Shown one piece after another: positions 52,289 to 64,000 of a stretch of 64,000 bases of DNA. Where the stretch lies: positions 34,782,001 through 34,846,000 of the forward strand of contig OX597818.1 in assembly GCA_951406725.2 (NCBI GenBank), given 5' to 3'. The stretch is from Octopus vulgaris (Eukaryota). How positions within the stretch are numbered: the first letter of the stretch is position 1; every line of letters starts with the position of its first letter. The notes under the pieces are model-generated. The model was not told the origin of the DNA, searched no databases, and saw nothing but the letters and a program-made list of their open reading frames with translations. Position numbers and translations under genes: made by a program.

Positions 52289-52375
52289 ATGTATGAGCTC
52301 CTGAGTCTTGCTCGGCTTGTGTTAACTAGCATGTTGTTAACAAAACATGAAGCTGCTTTAGAACGTGCAGAAAAG
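52289..52375 (+). CDS. Candidate alternative first (or cassette) coding exon of the GRAMD1 gene
   Basis: ATG with A at -3, 29 open codons MYELLSLARLVLTSMLLTKHEAALERAEK, then a strong donor AAG|gtgagc in phase 0. In-frame TAG upstream at 52262. Lies in a transposon-poor segment. No homology recognised. Confidence 0.45.
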
Positions 52376-53654
52376 GTGAGCTGAAAACTAATGACAATAT
52401 ATAGATGGTATACGTACACATATTTCTACCTTACTAATTAAATATATATATATACATATAAATATATTATATCTACTCAGAACATATAAATACATATACA
52501 TATACACACACACGACTATTTCTTGTTCTCTCTATGCACACCTATTGTAACAAAGGGGAGGTGCATCACACTCTAGGATAATACATTTCGAGAATGGTTT
52601 TTACATACAGTGGCCATAATAACAACAGAAAGGTTTGCCATTTTTCTCTTTCTTCTCTGTTGTCTGTATCAGTAGGCTGCATTATTGGTTTTATTGATGT
52701 TTTTTTTTTTTTAATCTGATTGTGTAGAATTTCTTTTTATGTCTGTGATAGGTTTTTGTATCCGTGTTCTTTTTCCACGTGTTTTGTTGTCTGCGATTAT
52801 AGATCTCATTCAACTACTCTTTCTCCACTCTCTCTCTCTTTCTCGTACACTCCCTTTCCCACCCTGTTAGTGCACATGCTTGTATACAGATGTGTATGTC
52901 TGCATAAATATTAATTCTTGTGTGTGTGTGTGTGATTTTTCGTGTGCATCGAATACTTTTGTGTCTATTTATGAAAATATTTTGTTACTTTATGCATAAG
53001 TGGTTAACAATGTGTGTGCACATATCATTATTACTATGTGCACAGGCAGCAGAAGAATGGAAACACGCGACTGGAAAATATGTATGTGAGTAAGCAATAT
53101 GTACATATGTGTTAATGATTGGTTTATCTGTGTGCATTTTATTAGGAATAAGCATATGTGTGAATGATTATCTATGTATTTATATCTCCGTAAATCCCTA
53201 TAATCACAAATGCTTGTTTCTATGGTTATTTCTGCGTGAGCGTGTGTTGTGTGTTACAACATTTATTTGTGCACAATGTGAAGCATATGTATACATGTGT
53301 ATAAGTGTGTGTGTTTATGTATTGAAGTATTTATGTACATAAATGTATGCACATATGTGTTTCTATGTGGCTATGTATATATATATATATAATGTGTGTG
53401 TGTGTGTGTGTGTATTTATATATTTATGTAAGAGTGTGTATGTGTATGCATGTGTATGTAGTATTTATATGTGTGTTGTATTTGTGTGCATGTATACATA
53501 CACACACATGTGTGTGTATATATATGTACATGTATGTATATATATATATATGTATATATGTCTCTTGACATTCTTGTGAATGTATGTGTATCTGTAAGAT
53601 TATTGATGTGTGTGTGTGTATTTGATTCTTTACAAGTGTGCTGACACCAGTTAT

Positions 53655-53658
53655 AAAT

Positions 53659-53691
<33 letters not shown>

Positions 53692-53965
53692 GTGTACATA
53701 TATATATGTATATGTATATATATGTACATATATATATATATATGTATATATATGTATATATATATATATGTATATATATATATGTACATATATATATATG
53801 TATATATATGTATATATATATATATGTATATATATGTATATATATGTATATATATGTACATATATATATATGTATATATATTATATGTATATATATATAT
53901 ATGTATATATATATATAGTATATATATATATATCTGTATATATATATATATATATTGTACATATA

Positions 53966-54016
<51 letters not shown>

Positions 54017-54035
54017 ATATATATGTATGTATATA
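53655..54035. repeat. Long interrupted (TA)n/(TATG) microsatellite
   Basis: Directly visible. Other (TA)n/(CA)n tracts lie at about 13435-13560, 15060-15105, 15583-15640, 17090-17155, 50247-50360 and 51693-51965. Confidence 0.98.
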
Positions 54036-54452
54036 ATGTAACCAATATTATGAATTTGTCATGCTAAATGATCGGAAATCTTTCTTTGTATTCATCCTGG
54101 TGTTAGCATTATTTTTTAGTGTAAACATTCTTACCAGTGACTGTCTACCCACTCTTTTCTCATTGTGTGTGTGTGTATGTGTGTTATCATCATTGTCTTT
54201 TAATGTTAATCTTTCATGGTGACATAAGTTGGACAGTTAGATAGGATCCAATGGGTCTGAGGTCAGTATCATGTTCCAGCGTCTGCTTTTGCATAGTTTT
54301 TATGGTTGGGTGTCCGTCTTCACACCAACCATTTTGTAAAGTGTACTGGTTGCTTTTTTATTATTTCTAAAGTACCAGTACTATTGATGTCAATATGCAA
54401 CTTGCAGAACTAAGATCACCTTCAACTTAAATGGGGCTAAAACGGAAAGGGG

Positions 54453-54552
54453 GATGCTAGGAGATGAGTGGTGATGCTAGGAGATGAGTGGTGATGCTAG
54501 GAGATGAGTAGTGATGCTAGGAGATGAGTGGTGATACTGGGAGATGAGTGGT
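54453..54552. repeat. 20-bp tandem repeat, 5 copies
   Basis: gatgctaggagatgagtggt x5 with few substitutions. Confidence 0.95.
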
Positions 54553-55479
54553 TAAAGTATGAAAGAAGGAGCTAGGACAGAACAGATTTCTTGCTGTAGA
54601 AGAGCTATGTGGCTCTTCATATCATAGAAGCATAGGTGGGAGTAACTGGGATAAGTATGTGTGTGTTTGTGTACTTAGCTACAGGCAAGAAGTTCAAAAT
54701 GGTGCTCTTTGCCAAATGGCGTGAGTTGTTTATGGTATTTGCAGCTGGCACCAATCAACAAGCAGACTATCATCATCATCATCATCATTTAACGGTTCTA
54801 TACTGGTATGAGTAGGATTGTTTGACTGGATCTGATAAATCCAAGGACTGCAGTGTGAGCCAGTACCTGCTTTGGCATTGTTTTTATGGTTGGGTATCTT
54901 TCCTAATGCCAGCCACTCCATAACATGTACCAGGTGCTTTTTTTTTTTTCATGTTACCAAGATTATTGGTATTGCCTTGCAGCTCACAGACTACAAAACC
55001 TTGGGCGGGGGCTGGATAGCTTTATGCAAAGAGATGAGGGGCTAAAATATTTTAAAAAAAGGGGAGAGCATGAGTGGCAAGTAGGTTCTCGTAGAGGAGC
55101 TGCATAATTACTCGCATATAGAAGAGAGTGTGAGAAGAATCATCAGTAGGCATTGCAAGTCCAGGTGGCTCCTCAGGGTCTGAGGTGAGTAGAAGTGAAT
55201 TATGACTAAGAACTCCGAGTGTGAGTGGATGAGGATTTGCAAGAGTGTATGGGGGAGCAAAAGAAAAGAAGACAGAAGGTAGGCAACAACTGTAAAGATT
55301 GGGTAGGGTTGAAGGGTGGATGTAGGGAGTAATGGTTGACCAATAATGCAGGAGTTGAGGAAGGTAAAGGGATACAGAAGAGAGTGAAAGAGAGCTGTAG
55401 GATAGTAGTAGTGATAGTAATGATGGTATGGCTTACATGGGTCACAGGGTGGGAGAATTGAGAGGGTATCTGTCTAGTA

Positions 55480-56040
55480 TTGTTGACAGTTCTTTTTCTA
55501 TTGATTTTTGTTGCATGTTCTGTATTGTAATGTGTTGTAATGGCTCTTTGTTGGAATTGATAGGAAGTGTTATACGTCTATAACCAATGTAGCCGTTTGG
55601 GTCATGAAGTTTACAACTTTAATGTTTGCATTAGAATTCACAGATTATATCAGTTATTTGAACAATTCTGTGATTTGTTGGCTTGAAATCTTGTGTTAAG
55701 GTAGAGGTGTTCATTTTTGTGTTTTTGTAATATATTCTAACAATGAGTTTGTGGTTTGGTGTGATACCTGTATCTGTCTCCATAACCAGAGTGTATTTGT
55801 TCTTGTAGTATACGATATGCATAGTATGAATACTTTTGTAGGATGCTACATCCGTTATATCAATGTAAATGAATTAGTTTTAGGGTTCGATGGTGTGGCC
55901 TATCTGTTGGGGTACCTGTAATTAACTAAGGCTTGTTTTCCTCATTTAGAGCTTCTTTAGTTTTTGAAATTATGAAAGCTTGTCTAAGAGGAGATTTGCC
56001 TACAGGTATTTTATATCTGTGAGGGCATGTGAGTTAGTCA
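55480..56040 (-). mobile_element. Penelope-like element relic (a different lineage), linker and GIY-YIG
   Basis: HIVYYKNKY...KLIVRIYYKNTK...ITDIICEF*CKH*SCKLHDPNGYIGY (cf. IYYKNxK...NVVYxFxC...C...YIG). Confidence 0.65.
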
Positions 56041-56889
56041 TTACGGTGTTTGACTCACAATCATAATGTTATGAGTAATCTGATACATTGTATCCTTGGA
56101 CAAGGTAGTTTGCTTCGTGTTACTTTAGTCTACTCAGCTGGAAATGAATACCTGCTGATTGTTGGTGCCCCTGTTCTGTCTCCTTCTATCCATCACATTC
56201 TTGGATGTGATTCTGGGTCAAAGAGTGAGCTGAGAGGATGTCTGTGATTGTTCATAATTGCATAGGCACCTTAAACAATTAGTGAAAGCATGGTATGTAT
56301 TACCAAGCAATACTTGTTCGCTGGTGATCGCTGGTTCTATTTTATATCTAAGTTGACATTAATTGTCTGTAAGTATGTAAATGCATTAGTTTACATTTTG
56401 AGTGTTTACTGTCATGGTATTTGTAAATAAGGATTGCTTTCTGTCATTGCGTTTTAATAGGTTAATGAAGGTGGGACTCGAACCAGATGGAAAATAAAAT
56501 GTTACTGTTTTTAGTGTTATGCTCCTATAGTGACAAACGAGCAGAATAAGGAGGAGGAGTTTAATGATACTTTATGTAGACACTTGTCTTCAGTGATTTC
56601 ACTGGGTGTCAGTGCCACGTAAAAAGTACCCATACTGGCATCACATAAAGAGCAATTGTGTCAGTATTATGTAAGGAGCACCCATGCCAGCATCTTGTAA
56701 AAGCACCCAGTACACTCTGTAAAGTGGTTGGCATTAGAAAGGACATCCAGCCTTAGAAACCATGCCAAGTCAGACAACAGGTGCCTGGTGTAGCCCTCTG
56801 GCTTGCCAGCACCTGCAATACTGTCCAACCCATGCCAGCATGGAGAACAGACATTAAATGACAATGATGATAATGTTGATGATGAGTGG

Positions 56890-57910
56890 GGTAGGATTTA
56901 CCAGACATGGGACTGAGCTCTGGGTCATTCTGGAAAAAAGTTATCTCAACTCCAGTAGGGAACTCCTATTTGAACTATGTACCAAATATGATCTGATCAT
57001 AACAAACTTTCTAGCTTCTTGAAAAGTGGTTTTTACAGCTGGTGTCATTTTCAGTTGAACAGATAACATTTTTGGACCATATACTTATATGAAGAGACCA
57101 TTGTGAATACAAATTGGACATATGCCATAAAGATGTATTGACTGCTTTACTGATCATCTGTTATGCATCATATACAAGTTTCTGGAAGATGTGAGTTCAA
57201 GAAAGTCAACAGAATTGTGCCAAAATGACTGATTGTCAGCAGACCAACTAATTAAAAGTGCAGCCTGATTCTGCACCAATTGATGTTTTACCAGCTGATG
57301 CATACTGAGCACAGTTGTATGAAACAGTCAAACAAAGCAGCCACCATCTCAGTTGGCCTCCCCAAAAGCAAACATACTGATTCGTTTGATGAAATGATGT
57401 AAAGATTGATTTGCTATTATCTGAAAGACAAAAGTACCATCAAGGAGGTCTGAAAGGGCAAGTTATACAGCAAACTAAAGTTGACTAAAATGTAAATGCT
57501 TTGCAATAAAAGGAACGGCATCATCTGAAAGATTGATCAGACAAGAAAATGGGCAAAATTCAGGCCCTTGCTGATTCTCGCAATGTAATGGTCTTCTACA
57601 TTAGCCTGAGAGAGTTGTTCATTCTTTAGAAAAGTGTTAACACACCAATGAAGGGTAAGGCTGGTTTACATTTTTGCACTGAGAAAAGTGAGATCATGAA
57701 GCATTTGTGTAAACATTTCATTGAGCTTCTGAAGTGACCCTTAGCAATTTCTCATGAGATTCTGAGATGAATCCCACAAATTCTGGAAGATCCTAATTTG
57801 GATATTTTGCTGAATATGGAAGAGCTAATAACTGCCATTCATAAGTTGAAAATCAGGGAAGTTCTTGGTGTTAATGGTATCCTCATAGAAGTCTATAAGT
57901 ATGTGGGAAT
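56890..57910 (+). mobile_element. RTE-BovB-like LINE fragment (APE end and linker), degraded
   Basis: NSSRELLFELCTKYDLIITN, DHILI, CFTDH and EELITAIHKLKIREVLGVNGILIEVYKYVG (cf. KAPGxDGIPAEVYKxGG). Confidence 0.7.
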
Positions 57911-58490
57911 TAATTATGCTATAGATTTTATATTAGGATATAAATTTTCATTATACTTGTAAAGAAATGATAAAACAATCAAAAAGCAACCTTTCTCTTA
58001 CTACCAAGTCATACTGGGTTACAAGTGTCAGCCAAGGCAAGATAGAGCCAACACAGACGTGCTGTATGTGTACTTTTCCTGGCCATCAGCACAGATAATT
58101 TATTAAACAGATAAAAACCTTGGGTTTTAATGTACAAAAATATATATAATATGGTTGTGCTGAAGAATAATGATTTTTTAAACTTTTTGTCTCTACATTA
58201 GACATGTAGAATGCTGTAAATGTGGACCTGAGAAGTGAACTTATATCCATCCTATCTTTCTAGGCTATAGATTGCTTTGTACACAATTTCAGTTGTACAG
58301 CTCAGCAAAAACTTTCTAAGTATTTTCTGTGATAAACTGGATGATTTTTGTGCCAGATTTTTATGCTCATTTTCTGGAGCATTTGCAAAGAGACTTTCAG
58401 TGACCACAGTCAAAACATTTCCAACTTTATCTGTTTCATATAAAAGTTCAAGAAATTCTTCAGACTGTTTTAGGGTATAGTGCTCTACAG

Positions 58491-58779
58491 CAGTGATTCC
58501 CAAACTTTTTCAGGCTGCTGCCCCGTTGGTTCTAAGGCCACATTCCTAGTGCCCCCATCCCCCACTTACCACCACAGGCATAGACTATTTTCTGCAGCCA
58601 ATTCAAAGCAACAGTATTTCACAAGTAAAACTTAACCTAATTAACCCATTATTTTGTTTTCTTTTTACATCCATTGCCCTGTTTTGGTTACCCCATTATC
58701 GCCCCATTTTTCAATCAATGCCCCCTGGATCTTTCCACTGACCCCAGTGGGACAATGCTTCCCACTTTCGGAACCACTG
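58491..58779. mobile_element. hAT (Charlie-like) MITE, 289 bp
   Basis: TIRs CAGTGATTCCCAAA / TTTCGGAACCACTG and an 8-bp TSD ctctacag / ctctatag. Confidence 0.85.
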
Positions 58780-60488
58780 CTCTATAGCACTTCTCCATAA
58801 ATATTTTATTTATATATATATAATGCATCCAAATGCATTATGAACATCCACTACAGAAAATGCAAGTGCCACAATGGTTTGTCTAGGGAACAGATGATAT
58901 AAACTGCATGTTGTATTTATCATATTTTTTCTACATTTGTATATTATTATCAGTAATAATACTAAGTACAATAGTAACTACACCACTTTACTGGCATACA
59001 TCATACAACCAATGTAATATTTAAATTTCAATGTAAACATTGACTCAGACTGTTACATTGGACTCACAAGTAGAACACTTTCTTGTCTACTGGCTGTACA
59101 TATGCATATATATGTGTGTGTGTCATCATTATCATCATCATTATGTTATGTGCGTGTGTGTATATATAGTCATTGTGTATGTATCTTATATATTTGCACA
59201 AACACACTCCTGCATTTATGGTGATTGTCAACACAATTTCGAGCATCACCACTTTTTTAGTACAGACGCATGCCTGCAACAGCTTTAATAGCTTTTCTAA
59301 TATGAGCCTTCAGATGACTACCTAGGATATAATTTTGTCAAGAATTAACAATGGTGGCTACACTCTTCTGTATTCATCCAAAATGGATTTTCAAACTGAC
59401 AGTAGATGATCAGGTCTTTGAACATTTGGGGCTGTTGAAACAGTATGCCTATAAGCATACCATGCTTGTTTTCTAATATATGACTATATGTTATCTAACA
59501 TGTCCTTCTTACTTTTATTAAGTGGTAGGGTATGATTTAAGAGAAATTTGTCTGTTATCACTAGCTGGGTGAATACTCAGAGAGAAAGAATGTATTTAAT
59601 TGGGATATGCATCAAGTTTTTGTTTATTCTGACCTTATTTTGTTACCTTATTTATTCTGACAAAGAAGTAGCATGAGTGTATAATAGGTCTTCTTTCTTT
59701 CCTTCTTGGAGATAAGGATTTGATCAGAATATTTGTATAATCATGTCTAGAATGATAAGAAAACTGAATAGATTAATCAAAGGTTAAGGAGAAAAAAAAA
59801 AATTTTTTTAACTCATTTCTAAAATATTTATTTGAATCTATACTACAGCTTTCTTAATACTCAAATTGGTTTCATCTTTCAAGGTTTAAATTTTTTTAAA
59901 TTTTATATCCTTATATTCAAGATTACCAAATTTCTAGATTGCTCAGGAAGTTTGTACTTACTTGAATTCTTTACTGTCATCACTTCTAGAACCAAGTTAC
60001 ATGCACTACATGTTGTAGGGTTATAGTGTAAGATCCTGGTGATGTTTCATATTTTATCTCTATTTTTAGATTATTCATAATTACACCACATACTCCTATA
60101 GAAGCCTCTTTGAAGCTACTTGACCTACTAGAAATAGAAGCTAAATCACCTACAAATCACATTATACCGACTCAGAAAAAGAGTTATCTTGGAATACACT
60201 CTCACTTGAGCCAGTATTTTCACAGCTGAATATGTTTCCTGTAGGCAACAGCTATCTGCTATACAAGGAAAGTATGTCTTGGTTTTGTATTCCACTACTT
60301 CGAGAGTGCAAACCCATCGGACATGATGTTCACCAGGAATGTAAACACAATGACATTTCTTTTTTACTATGATGATTTCATGCCAGAAGCAGAAATGACA
60401 ATTTTCATGCACACACACATACACATATACAAACATATACACACTCATATGCATGCATACATATACATACTGACACTCATCATAGATA

Positions 60489-60541
<53 letters not shown>

Positions 60542-61418
60542 TTAATTATATGTGTGTGTGGTATTTGTGTGATTAAAGTGTGGATCTCTATATTGTGGCT
60601 TCATATCACTTCGGGGTTTTTAAAAATGCAAATTCTTATATTGTTTCAGTGGAACTGTTTGAAAATTAGTTTCTAATTTAACTAAAGAATATGATTAATT
60701 TTAGGAATGGTATTAGCCTCAAAACAACTGCTCCAACTACATGTTTAAATGTGAACATTTTCAGATTCATTCCAGCTCTTCCAGTTTATGTGTGTATGTG
60801 CTTGTAGAGATCCTGATGTTCAGAACTACATTTGTAAGCACAGGCTGGCGCGCGCACACACACACACAGAAACGATGTGCACAAACTCTCCCCCCTTCTG
60901 TCCCTCTTGACTAGAACCTAAACAGAGAGGAATGTTTGATAATCAAAAAAAAAAAAATGCCATATGTTCCATATTCTTGTTTATAGATGCATCTTCTAGA
61001 ACACAAGCTGTGCCTTTTATTTATTTATTTATTACAGAAAAAATTAATATTCACCTACTAACATTAGTATTCATTTATTAAAATTGTTTATCACTTGCAT
61101 AAAAACAATGTGTGTGTGTATATGTGTGTATGCATACGTACATGTGTGTGTCGGCATGCACACACACATAGACCTACATACCTTGGGCAAATATTTTCTT
61201 TAACCTGATGCTGACCAGTATTTTGTGAATGAAATTGATAGTCAAAGGTTATTATTTTTAAAGCTAATTTAAGAATAACAAACGAACATTTACTGATAGG
61301 GACATTCAATACTGAATGGAGAGTGAAATTTATTTTACTAAATTTCATATTGACTGCATGTGCCTAATGGCTTAGACAACCAATGAGGAAATTTATGGTG
61401 TGTGTATGTATATATATT

Positions 61419-61779
61419 CTTTTACTCTTTTACTTGTTTCAGTCATTTGACTGTGGCCATGCTGGAGCACTGCCTTTAGTAAAAAAAATCAACCCCAGGA
61501 CTTATTCTTTGTAAGCCTAGTACTTATTCTTTTGGTGAACTGCTAAGTCACGGGGATGTAAACACACCAACATCGGTTGTCAAGCGATGGTGGTGGGGAA
61601 AAACAGACACACAAACATATATATATATACACACACACGATGGGCTTTCAGTTTCCATTTACCAAGTCGTCCCAAGGCTTTAGTAGAAGACACTTACTCA
61701 AGGTGCCATGCAGTAGGACTGAACCCAGAACCATGTGGTTGGGAAGCAAGCTTCTTACCACACAGCCATGCTTGTGCCT
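61419..61779 (-). mobile_element. Same CORE-like SINE family
   Basis: Reverse complement of 33262-33651 with small deletions. Confidence 0.82.
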
Positions 61780-62454
61780 ATATATATATATATATATATA
61801 TAACATAACATAGTATAATATAATATAATATGATATAATATAATATAATATAATATAATATAGAAAAGAATAAAATGGAGTTTAGTTCTGTGATCTTTGT
61901 TACTATGGAGATCATTTGAAGAAAATTAGATGGGTTCTTTTTGCAGTCTCTTTTTCAAAGTATATGCATAAAGATGTTCTAAAAACTGGTATGTTTTGCA
62001 CTTTAACTAACACTGTACAGATATAAGAAGCCTGTCATATACATGTGTATGTGTGTGTTTCTGTGAATGCATTTGCATTTCCTCTCAATGTGTGATTACT
62101 CAGTAATTGCAAACAATAGCTTTGCTAACATTGTCATTTGTTTGCAGTCCACTGTGAGAGCATGTTCAGGCTTCTTGACATGTTTTACTATCTTTGTAAA
62201 CAAAAAGCTTACCACCCATGCAGTACTGTTTTGTTTCCAGTTCTCTAATTTAACATGTCTGAGATTTTAGTTATTTGATTGACTGGAAGAGATTATTACC
62301 TCATTTAGAATCAAGTGGGTATGGGCAACAGGAAGGACATTCAGCCATGGAAAACTCTGCTCCAACTTATTTTCGTCTGACCTATACATGCATGGAAAAG
62401 TAAACATTAAAATGATGAGGGTAGTAGCAATGGTAGCAGTGATGGTGGTGGTGG

Positions 62455-62685
62455 TGGTGCGAACTGGCAGAAACGTTAGCACGCCGGGTGAAATGCGTAG
62501 CCGTATTTCGTCTGCCGTTACGTTCTGAGTTCAAATTCCGCCGAGGTCGACTTTGCCTTTCATCCTTTCAGGGTCGATTAAATAAGCACCAGTTACGCAC
62601 TGGGGTCGATGTAATCGACTTAATCCGTTTGTCTGTCCTTGTTTGTCCTCTCTGTGTTTAGCCCCTTGTGGGTAGTAAAGAAATA
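62455..62685 (+). mobile_element. SINE with Nin/Deu-like central domain, young copy
   Basis: Head gcgaactggcagaaacgttagcacgccggg...gagttcaaattcc and central gcctttcatcctttcagggtcgattaaataagcaccag; CpGs are retained. Relatives lie at 18290-18495(+), 25290-25480(+), 35045-35190(-), 39516-39725(-), 44565-44787(-) and 45553-45767(-). Confidence 0.8.
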
Positions 62686-64000
62686 GGTGGTGCTGCTGCT
62701 GTTACTGATGTATGTATGTTTCTGTGATTGCTTTGAAGACATCAGTGGGTGATGACTATTTTACAGGGATTAGTAAAATAATTTAACAATGAATTTAAAA
62801 ACAAGAGACTGCATAAAACGAAATATGATAATTATATAATTATCCTAATCATTATATAAAATGAAAGTAGGGCTTTCTTTAAAACTAAACTTACATTGCT
62901 TCTAATTGTCATAATAGGTAAGTTTAGTAAAATTTAGTGATCATATTTTTTTTGACATAGTTGAACTGTGAAGTAAACTTGTTCTGGATCATTTAGTTGA
63001 GAGCCAGGATGAAAGCTGTATTTTAAAATGGTTTGATATTTGCCCCATATATAGTCATGTTTTACGTAATACCACAGTGTCTAATTTAAAAGCAAAATCT
63101 CTTCTTTCATTGGCTTCTTTCGAAGGTACCAGCCATAGCTTTTCATGTACTTGGGTAGAGGAACAAAACAAGTTCAGTAGTTTTCCTACAAAATATCTGT
63201 AGCTTGTATGAGGTAGTGAAGCAAATTGAATCTTATTTTGAATATTCATATTCATTCTTGGTGCTTATACACTTGCGATAGTTTATTTTAAAATAGTTGC
63301 AATTTGTTATAGCCTTCTATCCATTTTCTAGTTGTTATGACAAAGTGATATTGAAATTAATAAATAAGAATAATTGCTCCAAAATTTAAACCTCTCATTT
63401 GCAGACAAAATGTTTATATTCATATATCTGTTGTGCCTCTATTATCCTGTTATGATTTATCAAAATTTGAATTTCATTTTGTGTGTGTGTGTGTGTGTGT
63501 TCTTTGTATTTGAAATGTATATGTATCTTTATAGGAAATTTATACTGCTAAATATTTATATATAAAACTTCATAAGTGGTAATAACTTAGAAGTGGGATG
63601 TTGATATGAATTCAATTTCATGATTACATTACATTTCATCCCCCTCTTTAATTATATGCTCTAGAAGTTCTAATTATTAGAATTGAGTCCAGCTGATCTA
63701 TTTCCATGCCACTTTACTGATAATGCTATATATACTACTGTTAACCTTGCATTTTACTGATAAGGAACAGCTAACATTAGCTTTAAACTTTTTTTTGTGA
63801 AAGCTCATTTAAACCTTTCCTATTCTATACATGTACACAGTAAAAGCAAAACCAAGACATAAATAAAAAAAAAACTCACTTCACACTTTCTGTTGAAGTA
63901 TAATTTTCTAGTTTTTATTTTTCCCTACTATTGATATCTTTTCTCTAAGAGTCAGTGCTACATACTAATAACTGGCAATAGTTAACATATCTAACCATTC

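Noticed and set aside
53343-54067. Many overlapping ORFs rich in Y/I/M/C/V (also at 28514-29231, 50131-50670, 13243-13613 and 51723-52034)
   Set aside because: They are translations of (TA)n/(TG)n microsatellites, which lack stop codons in most frames.

Overview
AT-rich, repeat-dense eukaryotic genomic DNA. A cephalopod (Octopus-like) origin is inferred from the SINE/LINE types and microsatellite load, not proven. The window lies inside one large + strand gene, a GRAMD1/Aster-family GRAM-domain sterol-transport gene. Three clear coding exons are present (22994-23097, 32172-32348, 35789-35944), plus a candidate alternative first or cassette exon at 52289-52375. The rest is intron filled with mobile DNA: a full-length D34D mariner with a single frameshift, an older mariner relic, RTE, RTE-BovB and CR1-like LINE fragments, three Penelope-like relics, non-autonomous Helitrons, piggyBac-type and hAT-type MITEs, tRNA-derived SINEs and microsatellites. 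Almost all ORFs in the supplied track are repeat or low-complexity artefacts. The most notable observations are: (1) a type I hammerhead-ribozyme-like fold with a U3-A8 core covariation, inside a ~230-nt structured retrozyme-like segment (- strand, 1603-1679); (2) a possible GRAM-less isoform start exon; (3) an RTE family that seems to carry its 3' tail module inverted at its 5' end; (4) a ~330-bp-arm fold-back; (5) several locally templated duplications. All alignments were done by eye, and repeat boundaries are approximate unless a TSD or TIR is quoted.
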